Source: Octopus sinensis
Taxonomy: Eukaryota
NCBI RefSeq assembly: GCF_006345805.1
Contig: NC_042999.1
Location: forward strand, 84,506,001-84,570,000
DNA: 64,000 nucleotides
Reading direction: 5' to 3'
The position numbers and the translations under genes were made by a program. The notes beneath the pieces were generated by a model, which was not told where the DNA came from, searched no databases, and saw only the letters and a list, made by a program, of their open reading frames with translations. Positions 27,204 to 40,548 of this stretch are shown here, piece by piece (position 1 is the stretch's first letter; each line of letters starts with the position of its first letter).

Positions 27204-27325
27204 AAGAAGAAGAAGAAGAAGAAAAAGAAGAAGAAGAAGAGAAGAAGAAGAAGAAAAAGAAAAGAAGAAGAAAAGAAGAGAAGAAGAAGAAGAAGAAGAA
27301 GAAGAAGAAGAAGAAGAAGAAGAAG
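27172..27325. repeat. (AAG)n polypurine tract
   Basis: Direct reading. Confidence 0.95.
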
Positions 27326-27827
27326 ATGAGCATTGCGATAAAAATTATCACGGTTAAGCACACTTTCCACATTAAATTGTCAAACATGTAAATGGAGAAA
27401 GAATTGATAATTTACAAAATGTAATATTTCTTTATAAAAATCGAAATATTATTATCATGACAATTATCATTATATATATATATGTGTGTGTGTGTTTTGT
27501 GTCTGTGTGTACGTAGAGAGTGTGTGTATGAGAGCGAGAAAGAGATGAAGGAAGATTGATACGTGTGTGTGTGTGTGTATAGTGTATATATATATTTGTG
27601 TGTGTATATATATATGTATGTGTGTGCGTTCGTGTCCGTGTGTAAAATAAAGAGTATATGTACGTATGTGTGCGTGTTTATATGTCATTATACATGTATG
27701 AATATTATCTATGTGAAAGTGGGTGTGGTTGTGTAGATCTTAAATAAAAAATTACCGCAAACTTTATATCTCAAATTCTTTTGTTCTGTAGCAATCAGTA
27801 TCCAATTAATTTACATGATGTATATAT

Positions 27828-27896
<69 letters not shown>

Positions 27897-28565
27897 CATA
27901 TATAAACATATTATATATACATACACACACATACACTCATATATATACATATATATATAAACCTCAATATTGCAAATGAGATATCAGTAGATATTCGTTT
28001 ACATGTTATGTAATGAAATCATACTGTTTCAAATTCTCCACTTGCGTTGCTTTCTATCTCTCCCTCTTTACTCTCACGTTTATATATCTACTCCCGCTAC
28101 TCCACTTTCTTTTTTCTTTTTTTTCTCGTCGTTCTCATTTCATTCTTTTTATCGCATTCGTTTCACCATTCCTATTTCTAGCTATGAATGTTCAAATATA
28201 AAGCAAAATTTAAATCGAAGCGGTGCTGATAGTTATGCAGAGCAAGTCTGAGTGTAATTGATTCTATTAGACATAATAAACACTGACGTTTACAATGGCC
28301 GCCTTATTCTTAAATTTGATATCATTAACAGTAATTGGCAAGATGTAGTGATGCATGCGAACAGTTTGAATCAAATGCAATAGACATTCTGGCTTTTCAG
28401 CATCTACTACGAGATTTTTTTCTTTATGTGCTTCAACATTTATATGGATAAATCTATATATCTACCTTCCAATCACTCTCTTTATGGATGTATGTAAATG
28501 TATTATACGTAACACTCTTTTTCTATATGCGCATGTATGCGTAAATGTATATAGAACAGCATATG

Positions 28566-28613
<48 letters not shown>

Positions 28614-28637
28614 GTGTGTGTGTGTGTATATATATAT

Positions 28638-28671
<34 letters not shown>

Positions 28672-28763
28672 ATACATATATCTATATGTATATATATGTA
28701 AATATATATGTATATATCTATCTATATATATATTGTATATGTTTATATATATATATGTGTAAA

Positions 28764-28805
<42 letters not shown>

Positions 28806-29873
28806 TTATATTATATTATATAATATAATATATATATATATATATATACATATATTATTATCTATTTATATTGATATATATATATATATGTGTAAATATA
28901 TATATATATAGACATATATATAGACATATACATACAGTTATTTTAATATGCATATATACATATGTATTTATGTATTTATTTTATCGATGCATCATTACAT
29001 ACATCATTCAAATGCATGTGTAAAGACACACACGCACGTGTGTGTCTGTGTGTCTGTGTTTGTGTCTGTGCATCCATGTGCGCGCTCATGTACGTTTATA
29101 TAGAAATGTGTAAGTAGGCCTGTACTTATATGAATGAGTATCAGCGTGTGGACGGAAGAGAGGGCATATAGCTTAAACAGTTGAAATAAATAGATATAAA
29201 TTTAGATACATTATTTAATTTGATAGATTGACTGATAAATAGAACTAGAAAGACATAAAGAGAAATAATGTTACACAGAATGATACATACCTATGAATGT
29301 GCGTGTGTATATATATACATATATATATAAATATAAAGGGAGAGAGAGAGGTTTATACATATATATACATATAAATATATAAACATATGTACAACAGTGT
29401 ATAGATACATGTATATATAATACATATATATATACATATATATTACATATGTATATGATATTTATAAATATATAGATATCTGTATATGCATTCATATACT
29501 CAGACATACGCATTTTTTAATGCATTCGTTAAAGCTACGCATGAGATTCAGTTGTTGTAACATAACACATGTTATTGGCCAAATGATTAAGATGTTCTCT
29601 TCGTTGTCTCGATTTTCCGGGTTCCATTCCACTTAGGCAAGTGTATTTTATGATAGCATCGTTCAGATCCACACTTCATAACTCCATGAACCCCGTGAGC
29701 TAATATACAAGCATGATTCAAATTTTCAAACATGTACCTCAGCGGCATAGTTTATAAGCACGTTAAAGGATATAGTTATACACCTACACAATCATATGAA
29801 ATTAAAAGAAGTCGCAACTTCTGTCCCTATCAAACGCTTGTTCATCTTCTCCATAATCTATACAAAAAATTAT

Positions 29874-30068
29874 CGTGGTAAGTAGCTTGCTTACCAACGA
29901 CATGGCTCAGGATTCAGTCCCACTGTGTGGCATCTTGGGCAAGTGTCTTCTCCTATAGCTTCGGGCCGACCAAAGCCTTGTGAGTGGATTTGCTAGACGG
30001 AAACTGAAAGAAGCCCGTGGTGTATATATATGTGAGTGTGTGTTTGTGTGTGTGTGTGCGTGTGTGTG

Positions 30069-30112
<44 letters not shown>

Positions 30113-30322
30113 CGCGCGTTTGTGTTTGTACTCCAACATCGCTTGGCAACCGATGCTGGTGTGTTAACGTCCCCGTAACCTAGCGGTTCGGCAAAAGTGA
30201 CCGATAGAAAAAGGACTAGGATTACAAAGAGAATAAGTCCTGGGGTCGATTTCTTCGACTAAAGGCGGTGCTACAGCATGACCGCAGTCAAATGACTGAA
30301 ACAAGTAAAAGAGTAAAAGAGT
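29874..30322 (+). mobile_element. SINE family A
   Basis: Head, expanded (TG)n and tail all present. Confidence 0.85.
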
Positions 30323-30809
30323 TATTAGTTTATATATATGTGTGTTTGTGGATGTATATGTGTGTGTGTGTGTGGAAGGATCATTCACTGTCAACTTTGA
30401 AAACGCTGCTCCATTTGTTCCATCAAATAAACTACCTGCTCGTAGAGTTGGCGAATAAGTGATCTGCATTCCAGAGGCACCGTTGCTTTTAAGTTAACGT
30501 TCAGGTACGATCAGCATTACACAGTGTGTGATAGGGCTGTACCTTTAAAACGCAGGTGCAATCCGTCCTTCGCTCGAATGTCACTCAGAAATCATGGTTC
30601 GACACAAGTGTTTTCAAAATGTTGTATTCGCGAGTTGCCACTCTTCGAATGCTTAAATATTCAGTCATACTACGCTTATGTTTGTGCGCGCATGTGTGTG
30701 TGTGTGTGTGTGTATGCGTATGTATGTGCGTGTGTGTGTGTGTACATCTATCAGTGTGTATGCGTGTATGCGTGAGAGTGTTTGCATATATATATACATA
30801 TATATATAC

Positions 30810-30841
<32 letters not shown>

Positions 30842-30946
30842 TTACAGACATACACACACGCATTTATATTATGTACAGATTTGTATGTATATATATAATA
30901 TTATTATATATATATATATATATATTATATATAAATATTATATATA

Positions 30947-30996
<50 letters not shown>

Positions 30997-32224
30997 GCAA
31001 ACACATGCTATATAATATGTATGTATGCATTATGTATAACTGTGTATGTGTTGTTGTCAGTATATATTTAACAATTATTTTTCTCCATAAATCATTGGCA
31101 TAAAATTGAAATTACAACGGTGGCAAGGTCAATTTAAATCAAACCTATATGAACTGATTTTCAAAGTAGAACCTTTCTATACTTGACCTATACTCCTCGA
31201 CACATTTTCTGTTTTAAAAAAATACATAGCATAAACCAAAGAGTAAATATACTATTTTGTCTAGATATATATTTACATAGCGGAATCCAATCTCCAAGTC
31301 TAAAAATAATTAATGGTACATAGCCTCGGAAGAGTTCGTTAATTCTCTAGCTCAACATTGTCATTAGTTCTCGACTTTGATTCTGCGCTGGAGGGCGGTA
31401 CGTGCAATGGCCCGTATATCTAAATACAAATTCTGCATTAAAGTTATTAATCATAGAGAAGTTTAATGTGGTGAATATGTCGTTCAAGTTACACAGTAAT
31501 GGTTTACGAAAAGAAACAAATTTGCTCGATAATATATATAGTCTTTGGTACAGAGACTCTGAGCGATATTCATGTGTATGAAGCGATTGTGTGAGGAGTG
31601 CTGGATGGGACTGGCCTAGAACTAGATATTAGCTGTACATCCCGTACATAATAAACATGCGTTCATTGAAATTTCATAAATAACAGATAAAAATTTATAA
31701 TGGCTTTCTATAGAAGTTAAATGATATCATGACTAATACGAACGGACTAAAAGCAGCTGAATATAATTAATTTTGATATTTTCAATCAGATGCCAAAAAT
31801 ACATTTGCCTGCACATTTATACATACAATCTTACTTAAATGTTTCAGTTAATGAATTTTCACACAAATTCACGCATTAACACATTAACAATTTTGTAAGT
31901 ATATATGACAATACATGTAGGCATATGCTACATCGTGTGTGTATGTTTATAAATTCTGCCTGGATTCTGTTTGACGCAGTAAATGTGCTTAAGCGAAGCA
32001 TCTTCGTTTCTATAAGAATCAAAATTTTGTCCGCCATATTAATTACTCTAAATAAGACAATTCTCAGCAGAAACATATAAATATCGCTATAAATATTTTT
32101 AGCATGCTTTTAATTACTATCATGATTGTGATATACATCTTCAAAATCATTGATAATGTTTGTTTTCCTTCGAAATATGCATTTGTTTAAAGAAGTTTAA
32201 CTGTAAGATAACCTAGCATAACTG

Positions 32225-32430
32225 TGGTGCTGGTGTGGCTGTGTGGAAAAGAGCTTACTACCTAACTACACGGGCTCTGGTTCAGTTCCACGCTGTGGAA
32301 CTGAACCAGGACCCGTGTGTGACTTCAGTATGTGACTTCTACTGAAGACTCGTGCCAACAAAAGCTTTGTGAGTATATGTGTGTGTGTGTGCGTGTGTGT
32401 GCGTGTGTGCGTGTGTGTGTGTGTGCGTGT

Positions 32431-32493
<63 letters not shown>

Positions 32494-32858
32494 CAAACAT
32501 ACTTTTGTCAATTATCTATTCACACACGACATATGCCCAAACGCAAACGTTGAAATGAATAATATTACTGACTAGTACAAAGAGAAATCTACTGGAAAGC
32601 AAAGGTGAAGGTGGACGAGCTTTATACTGTATTCTACTACGTTCTTAACAGAATATACTATAACTATGAATATATGTGTGTGTATGTATATATATATATA
32701 CCAGAGTGAGCACATAAATGTGAATCAAGTTGGTAAAATAGTACTCGAATACCAGAGGTAGAGTAATATGCTTTAATAATAAAGCTGCAACATCACAAAA
32801 ACTGTTACTCAGTTTCACGTTCCGTTCGTCGAACAGTTTGGCAGCTTTATTAATAAAG

Positions 32859-32889
<31 letters not shown>

Positions 32890-33080
32890 ATATATTATAT
32901 ATATATATATATATATATAATATATGCGTATGTGTATCTGTGTGTGTTTTGTCTCTACACCCAGCTTGACAATCGCTGCTTGTTTCTTTCTTTATATCCC
33001 CTAAATTGGTGATTCCATAAAAGAGGCTGATAGCATAAGTACCGGCGTCGAAACCTAAAGCTGTACAAGATGGTACCCTG
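32225..33080 (+). mobile_element. SINE family A, rearranged and interrupted
   Basis: Head 32225-32375 with internal hairpin. Degenerate tail 32940-33080. The HHR element lies between them. Confidence 0.55.
32799..32839 (-). ncRNA. Type I hammerhead-like motif (core UCGACGA), GUA site
   Basis: Minus strand: AAACTGT-TCGACGA-ACG-gaa-CGT-GAAA-CTGAG-TA-ACAGTTT. Helix I is extended by an 18-nt near-perfect pairing (about 32771-32788 with 32841-32858). It sits in a 158-bp island 32701-32858 between (TA)n tracts. Confidence 0.7.
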
Positions 33081-33624
33081 CATACATTATCATAGCTATA
33101 AAAGCACCGATACTCACATTCATACAGCACACGAAAAGATCCAGACGAATACAAATAGGACGAGATATGTCTTTCTATTTACAACCTCTCGGGAGTAATT
33201 CAATGCGAGTGTATCAAAGAAGTTAGTCGACATTCAAGAACTAGCAGCCAAATTTCATTTGAATCACAGCCTACCATTTTAAAAGAGTGAATCAATTCTG
33301 AGATATCACTGGTATACCGGATAATCATTGTTGATCATCCGACTACTTATTCACGTTTAACATGCGACCGAAAAACTACGTCATAAATGATATTCATAAA
33401 ATCTCAGTTTATTTCACTCATAGGATTCTTACAATTTCATAACACTCTGCTTCATAGGGTGTACTTTCCTTTCCATTCTTTGTCGCTCTTTCCTCCTGTA
33501 CTCTACCTTATTCTCCCTTCTTTTGACACTCACGCAATAATTATGCTGACTGGCATGATTTTCAAACGATAGATACCAACCACATCATGAAGAGAGAGAG
33601 TTGTATATATGCTTATATATTCTT

Positions 33625-33843
33625 TTGTACTCTTATTCTTTTACTTGTCCCGGTAATTTGAATGTGGCCATGCTGGAGCATCACCTTGAAGGATTTTCAT
33701 TTGAGCAAATTGAGCGGACGATTTCTTTCTTATGGCTAGTATTTATTCTATAGGTCTGTTTTACCGAGCCTCTATGTTACAGAGACGTAAACACACCACG
33801 ACCGGTTGTTAAACATTGATGGGTGCACAAACACAGACGCAAA

Positions 33844-33895
<52 letters not shown>

Positions 33896-34062
33896 CATAT
33901 ATATACACGACGGGCTTCTTTCAATTTCCGTCTACCAAATCCACTCAGAAGGCTTTGGTCGGCCCTCAGCTATAATGAGCGACATTTGCCCTGGGTGCCA
34001 CGCAGTGGAAACTAAGCCCCTGAACCATGTGGTTTGGAAGCAAGCTTCTTACCGCACACCTA
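33625..34062 (-). mobile_element. SINE family A
   Basis: Reverse-complement head and tail with internal (CA)n. Confidence 0.8.
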
Positions 34063-34065
34063 TTG

Positions 34066-34141
<76 letters not shown>

Positions 34142-35121
34142 TATAATCATACAGAGTCACATAGATATATACAAATATGCGTGTGTCTGTCTGTGTGAGT
34201 ATGTGTGAGAGTGTGAGTGAGAGTGTGAATACACATATATGCAGGTATATATTTATATGCTTGTAGAGAGAAAGAGACAGTAAGACAGAAACAGGGAGGT
34301 AGACTAGAACCTTTATGAAAAAGAATGATATGTTAAAAGGAAATGAAGTTTTGTGGTGAGGTATCCACCCACCGCACGCTTTCAATCTAATTTACGTCAT
34401 AATTTATTAACAGACGAATAATGAGAAAAACTTTATAAGTAATTGCAGTGAAATAGAAAATATTTTATTTCTTCCATAGTTATGATTAATATTATATTGG
34501 AATTGAATATAATTATATGTTAGATAAAAGATATTTGCCGCCTCTTTATAAAATGTTGCTCATCTACAGCAAGATTAAAATGCATGTATTATAAACTTAA
34601 CACGACGAAAGTTCCATGAGAAATTTTTGTGATAATTTTGCATTTTAATATGTAGTTACGTGTCACGAATAGTCAGTGCAGAAATGATGAATGACATAGA
34701 AATCAGGATTTAAACAACGTCAGCCCACTCCTGTTCTATTTTTTTCTTCAGGTATAACATATATTGTTTTCTCTCCTTCTCTGATTATTCTGATTATACA
34801 ACACTTTAATCAAACCAAGTAATCTCATTTCCCTGGTTCATTATGCAGTTAGACTCCTTCGTCTTAATCCCGAACTCCTGAAATGCGAATATGGCTTACT
34901 AATCCCTCTTAAAAATTTCTCATTCTTGAAAATTCCTCTTCTTTTTCGTTCTTTTCAAACTAGCAACATATCCTGCATATCAAACTGAATGCTAAATTAA
35001 TGATCTTACTCAGCAAACTCACCTAAAAACTATTTGATTAATGCTTTTCAAAAGAAATTATACAAAATTATACCTGTTTAAGAAGCTATTTTTAAATCTA
35101 CATATATGTGCGTGTATGTGC

Positions 35122-35165
<44 letters not shown>

Positions 35166-35747
35166 TTGCGCATTTGTGCGTGCGTATGTGTGTGTGCATG
35201 TGTATTCGTATAATTGTTCATTTATAGCAGGGGAGACTATGTCAGTTACATCCAGAGCACACAATATTTAAACTCTTACTGATATGATTGTAGTATATGT
35301 AAGTAATCTTTTTCCAAATGTCTGTCACAAGAAGGATAAATTTATAAACCTTAGACAAGAATTACATATGCTCTATACAACATAATTCGCATCCATATCG
35401 GCTTTCTTTGTATGGCTGAGCTCTACACACTATATCCCACTTAAGGGTAAATTTACCATTGCCATCCTTAGTTTCCCAGATTTTCGTAGATAATGAGGTA
35501 TTGCTGTCTTTATAGCTAAGTCTAAAAGATGAAGAAATGGTTATTTAGGCATGTTTACATCTTTATCGAGCACCCGATGTAAATAAAGTTACTAGTTTCA
35601 AACATTATTGTACATTTGTATAAAGCAGTATGAGCTGAACAACGACCTGATAACGGGCATTAAGATCTTACCCTACAATTACATCTGGGTATGTTATTGC
35701 TGTTATTATCATCATTATTATTATTATTATAAATAGTAGTAGTAGTA

Positions 35748-35796
<49 letters not shown>

Positions 35797-36271
35797 TAAT
35801 TGTAGTAGGAGTAGTAGTAGTAGTTCTATCAATTAACGTATCATCATTAACGGTATCACTCAAATTCCTTGTGGTATTATCAGCTGTTAAGTCAACAATC
35901 CTTGAGTTACTATATCTACTATTATCACCATTCATATTAGTTCTTTTGTATTGTATTCTTACATATCTTCTATTATTATCATTATTATGAGTTAAAACAC
36001 TATTGACATTATTATTACCTATCCCTCGGGCTAATCTTATATTTCTTAGAAGAACAGTTTATTTCAAATTGATGTAAAGCTTTCATTGATCTATTAAATG
36101 GAGTCGCTTGAAACGGCCGTAATGCGGTGACATTATGGACATCCTTGTTATTTATTTGCTTTTTTTTATTCACCTAACTTTGAGCTGCGTGCACTATACC
36201 GAATTGGCTTGTTGCCTCAATTTAAGCATCTATTTCAACTGAATCTTATATATATATATATAATATATATA

Positions 36272-36311
<40 letters not shown>

Positions 36312-36400
36312 AGGGGTGAATTTACGAAAAAAAAGAAGACGAAGAAGGTGGTGTAGAAAACAAACAGACAAATTAGTTTAACGCTCGGGATTGAAAAATG

Positions 36401-36438
36401 TCTTTAACGTTTCGAGCCTACGCTCTTCCACAGAAAGA
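36401..36438 (-). ncRNA. Degenerate minimal type I hammerhead motif
   Basis: Minus strand: TCTTT-CTGTGGA-A-GAGC-gtag-GCTC-GAAA-CG-TT-AAAGA. Helices I and II are perfect and helix III is palindromic ACGT, but core A6 is U and the site is GUU. The host element (about 36312-36490) has its 3' end on (TA)n. Confidence 0.6.
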
Positions 36439-36519
36439 AACCAGGAGAGAAACTAGGAGAGAAAAAAATATGGGAGAAAAAAATAGTTTTGTTGTAGAGA
36501 TTCCTACATCTACCCAATG

Positions 36520-37500
36520 TAAGTCTTTCAAGCTTTTGGGAGGATATTAAGAGGCTGTGGGCCCTTCAAGACCAAACTGTAGTATGTAGTCCAGTATTCT
36601 GAAGGCGATATTTGGACGTTTAGCACCATGCAGTGGCGCCTCTTTCTGCAGTGTACGAAAGTTTTTGTGCCAAAGTTGGTAAAGTTCTTCGAAGAGTTTT
36701 CTGATGTATATCACTGCATATTTCACCACCTTCTGTCTAGGAAGTAGAATCTTAATGTATCCATCCTTTCCTAGTAGCTTACATGGTGCATTGATGAATA
36801 TAGTTAGGATCAGTAGTCTGAAGACAAATCTACTCCAGAGGACCATTATGACATACTGTTCTCTCGTTCTGAATGTTCTAAGGATCCACTCAGATAAACA
36901 TCTTATTAATGTGTACTTGGAGATATGAATCAATGCTCATGTAAATGGCCAGGTGGAACACATATTTCCATCCAGGCCTTGCAATCGCAACTGGGCCAGT
37001 GTATCGTGTCTTCATTTCATTCTGCTTCGTGTGCTGGTAGCGCAGGGCTTGGAATTTTCCAGCATTAAGCTGCATGGTAACGTCCTCATCACACCAGTTT
37101 ATTGCGTCCGATTCCTGTTGCAGGTGCGCAACATCTCCAGGATTCTGTATCCTCTGAGAAACATTTGCATCGTCTGCATAGCTACCAAGGATGGATATCT
37201 GGCAGCTGGAGGGCATGTGTGCGAGGGCAACTATTAATGGCAGTAACTCTAAGACAGTGTCCTGAGTAACACCACTCACTATTTGTATTTCCTTAGAGGT
37301 GGAGTGCATCCATTGATTAGGCTTGCCTTATCTCTATCTTTAAACTGTGTTTTCATGAATGTTTTATAGACTCTCCCGCTCATAGATTTCGACATACGAG
37401 CGGTTACTTGTAGGATTAATTGAACGACTAACTTAATTAGCATGCAAGTATACCTGCAACATGACACAATAAAAACCAACGAGAAGCAATGGAACATTAC
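36520..37500 (-). mobile_element. Decayed CR1/L2-group LINE reverse transcriptase fragment
   Basis: SGVTQDTVLELL (SGVPQGxVLGP-like) and YADD motif in ORF 36890-37309, continuing in frameshifted ORF 36547-36933. Confidence 0.8.
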
Positions 37501-38425
37501 TGGGCCTTTGGATTATGTACGCAATATATTCGACGAGTGGGCCTCTTTATACTTCCTATATACACAATTTTCATCAAAATGCATGGATGAACAGGAGCGG
37601 AGGCTTCGTTAAAGGCATTTTACCAAGATGGCACACAATGTGATCAAACCCGAGAAATTATTGATGCAATGCGAACTTCTTAAACGAGTAGAAAAAATAG
37701 AAAATCAGAACATGTCCTCCTTCTATTTATGACAATGCTTTCTGTATTTCCCATTATGTGTTTTCTCAATAATGTTGTAGTAGTTAAATGTGTTACATTT
37801 TGAGCACATGTGTCAATCTTTTCCGGCATTACAATAAAATGCTCTCTCAATTGTAAACTTCAGCAAGATGAAGCTCTTCAAATATCTGTAGCTCATTATC
37901 GATAATATCCGCATAACAGTAACACTTTTAATGTAGATTGTGCTAGCACTTGTGATTTTTGTGTCAAGAAAGCTGAATTGCACAGTGCATCATTACCCGC
38001 TATGCCAACAAAGATTACTCAAGGAATAAATATTTGGAAAGCGAGCAATATAAGAAGAACCACCAACTACCACTCGGACGAAAAAAATAACAAATATGTC
38101 TAGTTTTAAATCTTAAACGTTCCACTCAATATCTTTGATTTATATAGTTCCATCTCTCTCAAGCTATTATTTGCTCCTTTTTATTATTTTCATTTAATAA
38201 TATTTCCAAAAGACAACAAATAGACGACCTGCTTTGAAAGGTCTTTTAGATCGAATAAGGAAAAATTCTGCGTTCTACCATTTCATCCACGTTAAGTTAG
38301 ATATAAAGATTGTTTTTTGATGTCAACACTGCTTCTGTCCCAAATATTTATATTTTAATAAACCTGTTGGCTAGTTGTGACATCAGTGTCTGACAAGACA
38401 CTGCTATTCTACATATTATTGACAG

Positions 38426-38512
38426 TAGGATTAGGCTAGCATGCAGTGACTGGGCGCACACCGATGTTGAAGAACAGTACATCGTCCGCTGTGATATATG
38501 TGAGTATTTTTA
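38426..38512 (+). pseudogene. Degenerate PHD-finger-like peptide (pogo-type transposase C-terminus relic, or small exon)
   Basis: Reads RIRLACSDWAHTDVEEQYIVRCDICEYF*, resembling WIxCxxCxxWAHxxC...CxxC with Cys ligands missing. Confidence 0.35.
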
Positions 38513-38993
38513 AGCATCATGTACCTATATGAGAATACCTATCACAGCGGATAACGCACTATTCAGCTTTGTAAGTTTCAAAGAAAACGAAACCGTTTGA
38601 ACTCATAATGCTGCAGAAATTAGAGTTACTTTTTTAGTAGTTTGAAATGGATAGTAATTATTTATCTGTCTGTGTGTGTTTGCATGAATTATTTTGGTAT
38701 ATTTTTTTACCAATAAAGACATCAATATTAATTTCAATTTACTGTCCGCACTTTCACATCTTGGCATATTTTTTTTTCTAGAAGTTCAATATGTAATTAA
38801 TCTAGATTTCATGAAATAGTTGACCGACAAGTAAAAGAACAAAAGGCATGACAAGGATTGTCTGAAAAGAACCAACCACAGTCAAACATTACATGAGTTC
38901 TAACCGAATATAGTAAATGAGCTCAGCAAAGGGAAATCAAGTCGTTGTTATTAATGTTGGTTATTTACACACACAACCGTATATGTATGTCTG

Positions 38994-39040
<47 letters not shown>

Positions 39041-39384
39041 CTCTCTATATATATATATGCGCATATATATTTATATATATATATTTGTCTGTGTGTGTGT
39101 GTGTGTATGTATATATATATCAACGTGTATGTACGTATATATATGTATATACATATATATACACACACACACGCGCGTTGACATAGGAATATATAGAGAA
39201 GAACATATATTTATGTATGAGTGTGTGTGATGTATGTGCGTGTATTCTCATATTTGAAATGTATAATAAAGGAAGCCTGTTGTTAGCTGGATATTATCTT
39301 GGCACCGGAAAAGTGGCAAGTCATGAGTATTTCTCGTTGATCCCACATAATCGTTCTATATTGAGCAAAAAATAATATATATAT

Positions 39385-39433
<49 letters not shown>

Positions 39434-39471
39434 TATATATATATACATATATACGTACATATATATATAGT

Positions 39472-39860
39472 ATACTAGCAGTATCGCCCGGCGTTGCTCA
39501 GGTTTGTAAGGGAAATAACTATAAAGCATTTTTAGAGAGTTATAGCCAAAACATAGCAAAAAAATGGGAAAAAATGATGGTAAATTTTTTTTTGATAGTT
39601 AAAAAAGGTGGAGTTGCGTCCCCTACACAGTTTGTGGTTTGTGTTCCTGATTCTCGACCCCATGTCGAATTTATCGATCTTTTTCAGAACTGGGGGAACT
39701 TTTCAAAGTTTTCGCTGCGTTAGTTTTGAATTATGACATTGGGCTATGTGTGTGTCAAGTTTCATCAGAATCGGTTGAAAGCCGTGGTCAGGGTGAGGGT
39801 ACAAGCAAACAGACACACAGAAACACGCACAGACAAACTGCCGTTTATATATAGAGAGAT
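39472..39860 (+). mobile_element. Helentron-associated (HINE/DINE-1-like) non-autonomous element
   Basis: 5' ACTAG...CGCCCGGCGTTGCTCAGG, AAGTTTCATCAGAATCGG block, ACAG/CAC microsatellite, and 3' TTTATATATAGAGAGAT. Confidence 0.6.
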
Positions 39861-40381
39861 ATAGAGAGAAGTAGATAGATATATATGTATGCATGTATGT
39901 TTAAGTAAATCTATGAATAGTTATCTATCTATCAGTCTACCTATATATGTATCTGGTAATCTATGTATCTATCTATACATGTATGTATGTATGTATGTAT
40001 GTATGTATGTATGTATGTATGTATAAGTATATATATGTAATACATACACATACAGGCATATATGTATGTGCGTGAGTGAGAGTGTGTGCGTGTGTGTATG
40101 TGTGTGTGTGTGTCTGTGTGTCTGTGTGTGTACATATATACACAATAGACTTCGTTCTGACCAAAATCGCGTGAGTAGGTAATTTCCTTATCTGAAGAGC
40201 CTTTAGTATATACATACCTAAAATTTGCATATAGGTACCCTCGCGCACGGTCACATACACACATATCTATATACATACGCATACATATATGCACATATGT
40301 GTGCATTTTCATCTGAATGTGTATGTATTAATATATGTGTATATATACTTATATTGCATACGTATATCTATGTGCGTACAT

Positions 40382-40463
<82 letters not shown>

Positions 40464-40482
40464 TATATATATACATATATAT

Positions 40483-40548
<66 letters not shown>

